Source: Gemmatimonadota bacterium (GTDB lineage Bacteria; Gemmatimonadota; Gemmatimonadetes; Gemmatimonadales; GWC2-71-9). From it: a stretch of 64,000 nucleotides of DNA. Both the position numbers and the translations under genes were made by a program. Positions 49,014-58,369 of the stretch are shown here, in pieces; the first letter of the stretch is position 1; each line of letters opens with the position of its first letter. Under the pieces are notes generated by a model that had not been told where the DNA came from, did not search any database, and saw only the letters and a list, made by a program, of their open reading frames with translations. The stretch is from positions 3,418,658 through 3,482,657 of the forward strand of contig CP070666.1 in the NCBI GenBank assembly GCA_020351775.1, in the 5' to 3' direction.

Positions 49014-50111
49014 TTGTCGACACTGGCCCTTCGCCTCACGGATCTCGGCCGCCTACGGCGCAAGGTCCACGCGCTGGCGGAGAACCGTCCGGCCGTTTAC
49101 CGCATGCTCAACCCGACCGGCAGGTCCGTATACGTAGGGAAAGCCAAGCAGCTGCGCAACCGACTGCTATCTTACTTCCGGGCCCGGTACCCGGAGGACA
49201 AGGCCGCGCGAATTCTCAACGCGACGGCCGACATCGAGTGGGATTACGTCCCCTCCGAATTCGCCGCATTGCTGCAGGAACTGACACAGATCCGGCGATA
49301 TCGGCCCATCTTCAACGTCCGCATGAACCGGAACCGGCGTGTCGGATTCATCAAGATCTCGGCCGGAGGCGCGCCCAAGATTTATGTCGGTAGCACACCC
49401 GGAACCCCGGGCACCCGACACTATGGCCCTTTCACCAGCATCGGACGGCTCAAGCAGGGGATCCGCACGCTGAACGACCTACTCGGCCTGCGGGATTGCT
49501 CGATGGCAATGCCGATGGTGTTCAAGGAACAGGGAGACCTGTTTGGCTGTGCCAGTCGCGCAGCATGCATGCGTCACGATCTGGGGAGCTGTACTGCTCC
49601 ATGCGGTGGGTTCGTCAGCGAAAGAGATTACCAGGCACGCTTGCGGACTGCCGTGTCGTTTCTCGAGGCCAGCGACATCACACCGCTAAATCTGGTGGTG
49701 GAGCAAATGACCGCGGCGAGCGAGTGCAGCGAGTTTGAACACGCTGCACGGTGGCGCAGCAAGTTCGACCGGCTCGAGTGGCTCCTGTCGGCTGCGGTGA
49801 GGGCACGCGCCGCAGTGACTGCACTCAGTTTCGTCTACACCGATCCCGGCGTAAGGGGTGATGATCGGGCCTACATAATCCGTGACGCTTCCGTGCGCGC
49901 CGCAGCGCCCGCGCCACGATCACCGATCGAACGGGAGGCCTTTCAAGCGCTGGTGGCTCAACACGCCGGTCCCGAACTGCAGGGTCCCGCGCTTCCCGCG
50001 GACTCGATCGACGAAATGCTCCTGTTGCTCACGTGGTTCCGCCGTCATCCGACCGCACTCAACCGTACGGTACCGCTGGCCCAGTGGCTCGAGCACGACC
50101 AAGCAGGCTAG
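49014..50111 (+). CDS. Cho-like excinuclease (UvrC N-terminal-half homologue: GIY-YIG plus UVR domain)
   Basis: TTG start 9 nt after GAGGAG. GIY-YIG core AVYRMLN...VYVGKAKQLRNRLLSYF...E. Cys cluster and UVR-like helix pair. No RNase H/HhH C-terminal half. Confidence 0.7.
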   Translation: MSTLALRLTDLGRLRRKVHALAENRPAVYRMLNPTGRSVYVGKAKQLRNRLLSYFRARYPEDKAARILNATADIEWDYVPSEFAALLQELTQIRRYRPIFNVRMNRNRRVGFIKISAGGAPKIYVGSTPGTPGTRHYGPFTSIGRLKQGIRTLNDLLGLRDCSMAMPMVFKEQGDLFGCASRAACMRHDLGSCTAPCGGFVSERDYQARLRTAVSFLEASDITPLNLVVEQMTAASECSEFEHAARWRSKFDRLEWLLSAAVRARAAVTALSFVYTDPGVRGDDRAYIIRDASVRAAAPAPRSPIEREAFQALVAQHAGPELQGPALPADSIDEMLLLLTWFRRHPTALNRTVPLAQWLEHDQAG

Positions 50112-50194
50112 TCTGTCAGTTGCCTCGGTTGCCGGGGCGGTTAGTATATCCCCGTAACGAGTCTGAGAAGATCTTTATCTAGGGTCCGATCACT

Positions 50195-51169
50195 GTGTTG
50201 CTAGCAATCGCGCAGTTGCTGCTTGGCCTGGCCCTGCTGCTCGGCGGGGGACACTATCTGGTGCGGGGTGCAACGAGAATTGCCCTGCTTGCTCGAGTGT
50301 CAACTGCTATAGTCGGTCTGACTGTGGTTGCTATGGGTACGAGCCTCCCGGAGCTGGCGGTCAGCGTGGGAGCGGCTGCGCGGGGCAGTACGGACCTGGC
50401 CTACGGAAACATCATCGGGTCAACCATCTTCAACGTCGGCATGATACTCGGCGTTGCGGCTCTGGTAGCTCCCATGGTTGTCCAGCGTCAAACGCTCCGC
50501 CTTGAGTACCCTTTCATGTTCGTAGTTGCCTGTATGGTGCTTCTCCTGTGCCGCGATTCGATGATTGACCGGCTGGAAGGTGCATTTCTTGTTGCTGCCC
50601 TCGCCTTGTTCACAGTCTACGTTGTTCACTTGGCCCAGCGAGAAATCGATGCGGATGAGGCTGTGGCGTTGGAACGCGAGGTCCAAAAGGCCGCCCACAT
50701 CAAGAATGGCATCGGCCGCGCTTGGGGCATCAACGCGCTCCTGGCCACACTGGGCATCGCGGCCTTGATCGGGGGGGCGGATCAGGTGGTTGCTGGTGCG
50801 GTGAAGATCGCGGTCTTCTGGGGTGTCGATGAGCGGATGATCGGGCTCACAGTCGTCGCGATGGGTACGAGTCTTCCGGAACTGGCTACCAGCGCAGTGG
50901 CCGCCAAGGAGGGGGAGCACGAAATCGCGTTGGCCAACGTGATCGGCTCCAATCTCTTCAATCTGCTGGGAGTATTGGGTGCCACGGCGGCCATCTTCCC
51001 CGTCCCAATCAACGAGGCAGCCAAGAATATCGACAACTGGGTGATGCTGGGATTCTGCGCGGCGATGTTCCCTCTGATGTGGTTCGGACGTCGGGTAGGT
51101 CGCTGGGAAGGCCTGGTATTGCTCGCCGGGTTCGCCGTGTACCTGGGATATCTGTTGCTAACCCGCTGA
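50195..51169 (+). CDS. Ca2+/Na+ antiporter (CaCA/YrbG family)
   Basis: Two alpha-repeat signatures (GTSLPELAVSV... and GTSLPELATSA...GSNLFN) in a 10-TM protein. Confidence 0.85.
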   Translation: MLLAIAQLLLGLALLLGGGHYLVRGATRIALLARVSTAIVGLTVVAMGTSLPELAVSVGAAARGSTDLAYGNIIGSTIFNVGMILGVAALVAPMVVQRQTLRLEYPFMFVVACMVLLLCRDSMIDRLEGAFLVAALALFTVYVVHLAQREIDADEAVALEREVQKAAHIKNGIGRAWGINALLATLGIAALIGGADQVVAGAVKIAVFWGVDERMIGLTVVAMGTSLPELATSAVAAKEGEHEIALANVIGSNLFNLLGVLGATAAIFPVPINEAAKNIDNWVMLGFCAAMFPLMWFGRRVGRWEGLVLLAGFAVYLGYLLLTR

Positions 51170-51595
51170 CTCGAGTGAGACGAGGCGGGCCCGGGGAGGA
51201 AGCCCCGGCTCCAGTTCCAGAATGCCAACCGTGGGTAACTCATCGCCTTGCACCGACCCGGCGAAGCCAGGATTCGTGACCGCTACGATCTCGTCAACCA
51301 ATTCGAGCAGCGGTCGATCTGTATGTCCGTACACTATGATCTCCGCATCGGGATAGACTGCGTGCAGCCGCGTCAGGGTGGGCAAGCCAAGTTGATCGAC
51401 GGCCAATCGCCCTCCGGTGGCTCCTCGAAGCCCGGCTTCGTCGGTGATACCCATCTCGGTGCTGAGCAGCCGCCACCCATGGCTGCTTACTATGAGCCGG
51501 ACGGGTATGTCATGCTCGACCAGGACCTGCAGCAGACGCACTGCGTAAGGCGCACCAGATGCACCAGTAACCGCGGGAACCCAGAGTGCCGTCAC
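51158..51595 (-). pseudogene. chimeric ORF: UbiX-type flavin prenyltransferase N-terminus joined in frame to a YfcE/MJ0936-type metallophosphoesterase C-terminus
   Basis: GTG start after AGGAGAGG. ALWVPAVTGASGAPYAVRLLQVLVEHDIPVRLIVSS is the UbiX N-terminus (~60 aa). After ~51380-51420 the sequence reads LHAVYPDAEIIVYGHTDRPLLELVDEIVAVTNPGF...VGILELE (phosphoesterase C-terminus with degenerate GHTH and NPGS motifs). Confidence 0.65.
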
Positions 51596-51806
51596 TGACC
51601 TCTCCTGTTGGGAGTGGGTGATTTGATGGGATGCCGCGGTGGACCGGGCGGCGGTGGACCCTTCTGGCGGTCGGGCGCGGGGCGGGGGACCGGTCGCTTC
51701 ACCCGAGGTGCCGGGCGGTCCTGGCGTCTCACTTTCCGGGGGCCGCCACCTGCCGACCCGGCTCCGCATCGATCCGTGCAGTCCCACGCCCGCCTCGCCG
51801 CTTCCC

Positions 51807-52938
51807 TCACCACGTTCGATCTCCCAGTGCCGCGAGAAACAAGACGACGGATATGATCCCGTTCATCGTGAAGAACGCTGCATCGAGCCTGCTCAGATCG
51901 TGGGGGCGTACGAGGCTGTGCTCCCAAGCCAGCAGGACCGCAGCAACCGCTACGCCGGCATAATACGCCGTGCCATGGCTCGCCCCTACACCAAACACCA
52001 CGAGGCCCAGCAGCGTCACCGCATGCAGCACTTTTCCGATTAGAATACTACGCGACGGACCCAGCAGCGCGACTGCACTGTGCAAGCCATGTTCCCGATC
52101 AAACCGCTCGTCCTGGAGTGCATAGAAGATATCGAACCCACCAACCCAGGTCAGGACGGCAGTGACGGCTTTGGTCATGGTGACCGGCTTGCGCCGCAGA
52201 AATCCAGCGAACACGTATTCGTCGATGCTGGGTGGCAGCCGGGCGGAGGCCGAATACATCGACGCAGGATCTCCGCCTAGCACCATGACAACAGGCATTC
52301 TATCACCGCGCGCTGCCATGGCACGCCAGTGAGCGGCACCGACTTTGTGCCTTTGCCAATGCATCGCCAGCAACTTTCGCGTGCACCTGAACACGGTACG
52401 TGCCCACGTTGCGGACCCCCGACTGCGGATCGCGAGTCACCACCTGAGGCAGAGTCAAATAGGGACCGCCGTCTCCTGGCCAACACGTATTGATGGGCAG
52501 GCTCATCAGATCGATGTCAGCTCCCTGTTTGATCACCCCCTGACATGGTGCGCCGCGCGACACCGAACGCGGCGGGTACTTCGCGATCTCAGCGATTCTG
52601 GGCAGCAGTTCCAGCTTCTCGCGCTGGCCCTCCGGGACCCTCAACTTGATCAGAGCTTCAATTCGTGCACCGACATCGTCGAGTCGCTCCACGCCAAGTG
52701 CAAGAGACATTCGGTTGACGGACCCGAAGGCATTGATCACCACCGGGATGTCACTCGTGACTCCGCTGTCCAGAACGGGGCGCTCGCACAGTAGCGGCGG
52801 TCCGCCGCCGGCGATCTTCACGCACCGGTCGGCTATCTCGGTGATTTCGTGCACCACCGACACCGGGTGGCTGATTCGAAGCAGCCGGTCCCGGCGGGCT
52901 ACTTCGGTAATGAAACCATGAAGATTATCTATGGTCAC
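51807..52938 (-). pseudogene. UbiD-family decarboxylase N-terminal half (1-nt frameshift) fused to the C-terminal third of a UbiA-family prenyltransferase
   Basis: GTG start after GGAGAGG. UbiD motifs GPPLLCE, NAFGS, PINTCWPGDGGPYLTLPQVVTRDP and NVGTYRVQV. The frame switches near 52378 to KLLAMHWQRHKVGAAHW...MPVVMVLGGDP...DEYVFAGFLR. After ~52160 it reads LTWVGGFDIFYALQDERFDREHGLHS plus terminal TM helices (UbiA). Confidence 0.7.
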
Positions 52939-53671
52939 CGACCTCTCCCCAATACAGTGATGCGACACCGGACGTCAATCGTTCGACACCTACATGGGTA
53001 AAGCCACCCTCCTGCATCAACGCGGCGAACCCCTCGTTGTCCGGAAACCGCTCCACAGAATCTGGCAGGTAGCTGTAAGCCGTCATATGTTTGGACACCG
53101 TACGACCTATCACTGGAAGGATGGTGCGAAAGTAGAAGTAGAAAAGGTAGAGCGGCCGCAGCGGCCAGGTCAGGGGTATCGAGAACTCCAGCACAACGAG
53201 GCGGCCTCCGGGTTTGAGTACTCGCGCCATCTCCGTTAGACCGGCATTCACGTCCGCTAGGTTTCTTATTCCAAAAGCGACCGTACAACCATCGAAGGAT
53301 CCGTTAGCGAACGGGAGACTCAGTGCGTCAGCAGCCACTGGATAGACACTTGAGGCCTTTCGCCGACCGTGTTGCAGCATCGGCACGACGAAATCCGCAC
53401 CCACGACGCTACCGCCAAAGCCGGGACGCCTGGCCAATTCCGCTGCCAGATCGAGTGTTCCGGCACAAAGATCCAAGTACGCTCCCTGCGGCGCTGCCTC
53501 CCAACCCAACTTGCGGACGGCGCTGCGGCGCCACAGCCAGTCCATGTTGAGGCTGAGAGCGTGGTTGAGCAGGTCGTAGCGCGGTGCAATGGCTGTGAAC
53601 ATCTCCCGCACGTACGATCGCTTCCCATGGTCCGATGGGGGGCCCCTCAGGGGCGAACCAGCCCTAGGCAT
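52925..53671 (-). CDS. ubiE: demethylmenaquinone/ubiquinone C-methyltransferase
   Basis: VREMFTAIAPRYDLLNHALSL..D..WR, SAM motif LDLCAGT, FGIRN, and VLEFS. Appears full length. Confidence 0.9.
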   Translation of the reverse strand: MPRAGSPLRGPPSDHGKRSYVREMFTAIAPRYDLLNHALSLNMDWLWRRSAVRKLGWEAAPQGAYLDLCAGTLDLAAELARRPGFGGSVVGADFVVPMLQHGRRKASSVYPVAADALSLPFANGSFDGCTVAFGIRNLADVNAGLTEMARVLKPGGRLVVLEFSIPLTWPLRPLYLFYFYFRTILPVIGRTVSKHMTAYSYLPDSVERFPDNEGFAALMQEGGFTHVGVERLTSGVASLYWGEVGDHR

Positions 53672-53764
53672 AGGCGCGAAACCTACTGGCGTTCTTGAAC
53701 TTGCCGCAAGAACGATGCAAGTTGAAACTCCCTACACGTCAGCGGCGTAGGGGCTCCTACCGCC

Positions 53765-54373
53765 ATGGCTCACCCCCTCGATCTCTCGACTGCCACCGAC
53801 CAAGAGGTGGTGAAGCAGGCCCGCAAGGGTCACGAGGGGGCATACCGGGAACTGATACGACGCTACCAAAGACCGGTATTCTCTCTGATCTATCGAATGG
53901 TGCGCGATCGCGAACTCTCCGAGGACCTGGCTCAAGAAACGTTCGTCAAGGTGCTTAACGCCATCGACCGCTATCGCCCGGAATTCAAGTTCTCCTCGTG
54001 GGTGTTCAAGATCGCCAACAACGCAGCCATCGATCACCTGCGCAAGAAGGAACTGGATACGCTCTCACTCGAAGGCGGACCAGACGCGGTCACAGCGGAG
54101 CGTATCGAAGCGACAGCACTGCAAATCGGCGATTCGGGTGAATCACCACTCGACGAACTAGAAGCACGCGAGCTCGGGACAGCGATCGAGCGTGCCATAG
54201 GTCAACTGAGACCGGAATATCAAACCTGTATCATTCTGCGACACGTCGAGGGGAGGCCCTACGATGAGATCGCCGACATCCTGGGACTCCCACTCGGCAC
54301 GGTCAAGACCTACATCCACCGTGCCCGGGCAGAACTGAGGGACATACTAGAACCGCTGCGTGAGACGATGTGA
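53765..54373 (+). CDS. ECF-type RNA polymerase sigma factor (sigma-70 family, regions 2 and 4)
   Basis: YRELIRRYQRPVFSLIYRMV...DLAQETF (region 2), FSSWVFKIANNAAIDHLR, and region 4 GRPYDEIADILGLPLGTVKTYIHRAR. Confidence 0.9.
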   Translation: MAHPLDLSTATDQEVVKQARKGHEGAYRELIRRYQRPVFSLIYRMVRDRELSEDLAQETFVKVLNAIDRYRPEFKFSSWVFKIANNAAIDHLRKKELDTLSLEGGPDAVTAERIEATALQIGDSGESPLDELEARELGTAIERAIGQLRPEYQTCIILRHVEGRPYDEIADILGLPLGTVKTYIHRARAELRDILEPLRETM

Positions 54374-54452
54374 GGAAGAACGCAACTGAACCGTAATCGG
54401 ACTGTAATGCAACCATGAAACTCTGTTTCGCAGCCGCCGTATAGTCTGACAA

Positions 54453-54980
54453 ATGCGAGACCGAACTGACAAGAATAGTGCAGCGGTCGACGACGACTCG
54501 GTTCTAGACCGGGCGCTTGCATCGCTAGGACGTTTTTCACCGACGCCTGGATTCGAAGATCGTGTAATGGCACGAGTCGGCACTCCTGCGCCTATGTGGA
54601 TTCAGAGACTCAAGTGCCGGGGACGCTTTCTGGCCGAGACCGGTCGCTTGTGGTGGCTGCTGGGCGGAGTCGCCGGCACTCTTGCCCTTTCACTGTCCGG
54701 GTTCGTCACCCTAGTCGTGCTGAACGGGGCGGGCGTCCGGGAATCTTTGAACAGCCTCTTAACCGCAGTGGGGCTGCCAGCTTGGCGGGCCCTGTTGGGG
54801 GTTACGGTGCAAGTTACGCAGGACGCCTGTTCCCTGATCAACTCCGTCGCCTTGCCAGGCGCCATCTGGGCAGCCATCGCAGTCGGCGGCTCTCTCACGT
54901 TGCTGTTCAATACCTGGATGATCTGCCGACTCACGCAGCCTGCCAAGGCCAGAACGGTGAAGTTGAATGCACCGCACTAA
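54453..54980 (+). CDS. multi-TM membrane protein, candidate anti-sigma factor (no zf-HC2 motif)
   Basis: 175 aa immediately downstream of the ECF sigma gene. Cytoplasmic N-terminus followed by 3-4 hydrophobic segments. Confidence 0.45.
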   Translation: MRDRTDKNSAAVDDDSVLDRALASLGRFSPTPGFEDRVMARVGTPAPMWIQRLKCRGRFLAETGRLWWLLGGVAGTLALSLSGFVTLVVLNGAGVRESLNSLLTAVGLPAWRALLGVTVQVTQDACSLINSVALPGAIWAAIAVGGSLTLLFNTWMICRLTQPAKARTVKLNAPH

Positions 54981-56352
54981 GATCGCGCAGGCAGTGATCG
55001 GAATCATCGTGGGATCGATGCTGCCACTCGCGGCGGTGGCGGCGCAGTCGAATCTCCGACAGACAGATCACGTTGTTGCACACACTTCGGTCCTGTTGCA
55101 GGGCGAGGCATCACTTGAGCTACAGCTTATCAGCGGTGCGACGATACGAGTGACATTTTCCAGGGGTTCCGTCACCGTGGACCAATCCGGGCCGGCTGCG
55201 AGTAGGCGCGAGGTTGTAGCGCAATACCAAGTGGGCGGGCAACTCGAGACCGCCTGGCGTAAACTGGTCGACAAAGCAAGTAGCGCCGACCCCGCGGAGA
55301 TGTTGGCGGCGCTGCAGAACTGGCGAGTGGAGGGATTGAGCAGTGCAGAGTCGGGGGCATTGCAGAAAGCCACCGCACCATTCACGGAGTTGACGCCGGC
55401 CCCCGTGCCGCCTCCCGTGGCAGAGGCAAGCCCGACGGCAAGGCGCGCCTTCGGAGCGGCCCGGCCGGAGAGCGACCTCGCGTCGGTGGCCCGCGCCCTC
55501 GAAGGGCTCGAGGGTCTGGCGGCGCTCCGAGCGCTCGAGACTTTGAAGGCCTTCGAGATGCCGGAAGTAGCAGAGGACCTCTTACAGACCGATCGGTTGG
55601 AGCAACTGAGTGCCCTGGAGGCACTTCAGAGCCTGGAGCAGCTCAAGCTCGATCAGCCGCGTCCGGCCGCCACCCTGGGATTCGGCACCATCGCGCTGCG
55701 AGTAGGCAGTGACATGCTCGCTCTGATCGCCTGTTTCATTTCCTTGGGAGCTCTCGGTTTCGGCTTGGCCTTCTTTGCACCCCGCCCGCTCGAGGTGGTA
55801 GCGGACACCGTCCACCAATCATTCTGGCGTTCGTTCGTCATCGGCCTCTTGGCACAGCCTCTCGTCGTGCCGGCCTTTGGGATGCTGCTCTTGGGACTGG
55901 CGCTCACGGTCATCGGAATCGTACTGATCCCCTTCGCAATCGTCGGCTTCTTGGTGGCAGCTGTACTGGGAATCCTCGGGGGTTACATCGCTGTAGCCCG
56001 ATCAGTCGGAGAAGCCTACCTGCGGCGGCGGATGTCTCTGGGTCATGCGGTGGGAGGGTGGCTGGCGTACCGATATGTGGTCTACGGACTGGCAGGCCTC
56101 ATGGCCGTATGGGTGCCGGCAGCGCTGTTGGGATGGGTACCGCTAGCGGGTACCGTCGCAACCACTAGCGCAATCATCATCACGTGGATGCTAGCCACAG
56201 CTGGATTCGGTGCTGCGATTCTCTCACGAGCCGGGATCCGCGGGACTTTCGGTCGGCGTTTCGACCACGCCCTTACGGACGAACACCTGTACCACACGCC
56301 GCGGGCGACACCTGTCGTGCGAACCCGTCACCGAGGCAGCCGCACTCGATGA
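54967..56352 (+). CDS. hypothetical membrane protein with an extracytoplasmic domain, Leu/Glu-periodic linker and polytopic C-terminus
   Basis: 461 aa with a signal-anchor. The ALEGLEGLAALRALETLKAFE...LEQLSALEALQSLEQLKL segment precedes ~6 TM helices. Overlaps the upstream gene by 14 nt. Confidence 0.55.
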   Translation: MHRTKIAQAVIGIIVGSMLPLAAVAAQSNLRQTDHVVAHTSVLLQGEASLELQLISGATIRVTFSRGSVTVDQSGPAASRREVVAQYQVGGQLETAWRKLVDKASSADPAEMLAALQNWRVEGLSSAESGALQKATAPFTELTPAPVPPPVAEASPTARRAFGAARPESDLASVARALEGLEGLAALRALETLKAFEMPEVAEDLLQTDRLEQLSALEALQSLEQLKLDQPRPAATLGFGTIALRVGSDMLALIACFISLGALGFGLAFFAPRPLEVVADTVHQSFWRSFVIGLLAQPLVVPAFGMLLLGLALTVIGIVLIPFAIVGFLVAAVLGILGGYIAVARSVGEAYLRRRMSLGHAVGGWLAYRYVVYGLAGLMAVWVPAALLGWVPLAGTVATTSAIIITWMLATAGFGAAILSRAGIRGTFGRRFDHALTDEHLYHTPRATPVVRTRHRGSRTR

Positions 56353-57221
56353 CCAATCGAGCCACCACCCGCTGGTTGCTGTGCGTTTTGTCCGTAGCGG
56401 TGGCCGTGCCGCCGGCTCCGACACTCGCGCAATCGTACCGCACTGTCTCTGCCACACGTGTGGCAATGGGAGAGGAGTATCTCCGCGTCGGCGTCACGTT
56501 CGCCGCCGGGGTGCTGCGGGTGATGCCAGGTGACGGACGGACCTTGTACCAAGGCGAGATAGTATTCGACGACCAGAAGTTCCGCCCCGTAACTGATTAC
56601 GATGCCCGGACGCAGTCACTCCGCTTCGGGATCGAAAGACGCGACGGAGTGACCAAGGTCGGTAAGATCGAGCGTCCGCAGAGACTGGACCTATCACTTG
56701 CCCCGAACGTTCCCACCGATTTGACGACATCGTTGGGTGCTGCAGAGGCCGAACTCGAACTGGGCGGGCTTTCACTCAAGTCGCTAGACATCAACTCCGG
56801 CGCCGCAGCCGCACACGTTCACTTCAGCAGCCCAAACCGCATCGCCTGCAGCACGCTGCACTTGAAGACCGGGGCGGCGGAGTTCCGGGCCGAGCGGCTG
56901 GGCAACGCCCGGTGTGAGCGTGTGGTCTTTGTCGGAGGTGTAGGGGACGTCACGCTCGACTTCACCGGGCAATGGGCAGACCGGCGGGCAATTTGCGAAG
57001 CTGATATCAAGCTGGGACTCGGTCAGCTCACGCTCAGACTGCCAAAGACAGTCGGGGTCGCCATCGAAATCGACCGGTTTCTGGCTACCTTCGAGCGCGC
57101 TGGCTTGACGAAGGTGGGCTCAAGCTACGTGTCGTACGGTTACGATTTGGCCAGCACCAAGCTACACATCACTCTGAAAGCCGTTCTGGGAGATATCGAT
57201 ATCGAATGGGTCGAGCGATAG
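56349..57221 (+). CDS. secreted beta-rich protein, LiaF-C/toastrack (DUF4097/DUF2154)-like
   Basis: ATGA overlap with the upstream gene. Signal peptide (LLCVLSVAVAVPPAPTLAQS). Repeated G/D-containing beta-strand pattern ending in GDIDIEWVER. The family call is tentative. Confidence 0.5.
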   Translation: MTNRATTRWLLCVLSVAVAVPPAPTLAQSYRTVSATRVAMGEEYLRVGVTFAAGVLRVMPGDGRTLYQGEIVFDDQKFRPVTDYDARTQSLRFGIERRDGVTKVGKIERPQRLDLSLAPNVPTDLTTSLGAAEAELELGGLSLKSLDINSGAAAAHVHFSSPNRIACSTLHLKTGAAEFRAERLGNARCERVVFVGGVGDVTLDFTGQWADRRAICEADIKLGLGQLTLRLPKTVGVAIEIDRFLATFERAGLTKVGSSYVSYGYDLASTKLHITLKAVLGDIDIEWVER

Positions 57222-57235
57222 GCACCCGCTCGCCA

Positions 57236-58336
57236 TCAGCCTGTCAATATCGGCAGAGCAACAGATTCACCGCCTGCATGGTCGACCAGCCGGCGTGAGA
57301 ACTCACTAAGCGCTTGCGCCGCTGGTGATTCGGGTTCTGCGACTACAACTGGTCTTCCCTCGTCGGCCATCTCTGCCATCCCCTCCTGCAGCGGAATGCG
57401 ACCAAGTAGCGGAACCTCCAGATCGTGAGCCAACCGCTGGCCACCTCCGGACAGGAATATGTCGCTCTTTTCACCGCAGTGAGGACACGTGAAGTAACTC
57501 ATGTTCTCGACGACACCCAGCACTGGGACGCCGACGCGCTCGAACATGCGCGCCCCCCTCAACGCATCTCCAACCGCCATCTCCTGCGGGGTAGTCACGA
57601 TGACGGCACCCTTCACGCGGACGGACTGAGTCAACGAGAGCTGGGCGTCGCCGGTCCCAGGAGGCAGGTCCACGATGAAGTAGTCGAGCCTGCCCCACTC
57701 AACATCCTGAAGAAACTGCGTTATCACCTTCACCACTATCGGGCCGCGCCAGATCGCCGGGGCATCCCGCTCGATCAAAAAACCAAGCGACATGAGCTTT
57801 ACGCCATGGCTTTCCAGCGGCGCTATCCTACCGGCCACGACCGGAGGCTGCGCGCTGACGCCGAAAATCTTCGGGATGTTCGGGCCGTATATGTCCGCAT
57901 CCATCACTCCCACCTGCCTGCCCATGCGAGCCAGTTCGGCGGCGAGATTGGCTGCTATGGTGGATTTGCCAACACCGCCCTTCCCACTGGACACCGCCAG
58001 AATCGTCCCCAGGTTGGGGAATGCCATGGGCTGCTGGGCGTGAGGTGCTTGTGCGCTGTGTGCGGCAGTGCCTGCTGTAGCGGTCGGTGAAGCAGTGGGC
58101 TCTACGACTTCGATATCGACCTCGGTCACTCCCGCGACGGCGCGAACGGCGCGGCGAACCTCGCGCACGAGTGCGGCGGGATCATCCCGCCCGAGTGCAA
58201 AGCTGAGCGATACCCGCCCGTCCGTATCGATATCCAGCGACTGCACCATCCCCGCGGAAATGACGTCATTGTCGACCCGCGGGTTCCGGACGTTAGTCAG
58301 TGCTCCCGCAACGAGTGCTTGTAGGTTCTCAGACAT
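57236..58336 (-). CDS. apbC: Mrp/ApbC-family iron-sulfur cluster carrier ATPase
   Basis: N-terminal DUF59-like region. Deviant Walker A SGKGGVGKST, DLPPGTGD, and CPHC motif. Confidence 0.92.
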   Translation of the reverse strand: MSENLQALVAGALTNVRNPRVDNDVISAGMVQSLDIDTDGRVSLSFALGRDDPAALVREVRRAVRAVAGVTEVDIEVVEPTASPTATAGTAAHSAQAPHAQQPMAFPNLGTILAVSSGKGGVGKSTIAANLAAELARMGRQVGVMDADIYGPNIPKIFGVSAQPPVVAGRIAPLESHGVKLMSLGFLIERDAPAIWRGPIVVKVITQFLQDVEWGRLDYFIVDLPPGTGDAQLSLTQSVRVKGAVIVTTPQEMAVGDALRGARMFERVGVPVLGVVENMSYFTCPHCGEKSDIFLSGGGQRLAHDLEVPLLGRIPLQEGMAEMADEGRPVVVAEPESPAAQALSEFSRRLVDHAGGESVALPILTG

Positions 58337-58369
58337 AGGATCGTATCATAGAGTGATGAGGTGGCCCAA

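Noticed and set aside
51596-51787. A 64-codon Pro/Gly/Arg-rich N-terminal extension of the UbiX-like ORF, from the tracked start at 51787.
   Set aside because: It is a low-complexity translation with no homology. A strong SD and GTG sit exactly at the conserved UbiX N-terminus (51595), so the extension is most likely non-coding.
54374-54452. ECF-type promoter (GAAAC ... GTCTGA) between the sigma and anti-sigma candidate genes.
   Set aside because: The spacing between the -35-like and -10-like elements is ~21-23 nt, too long for known ECF promoters.
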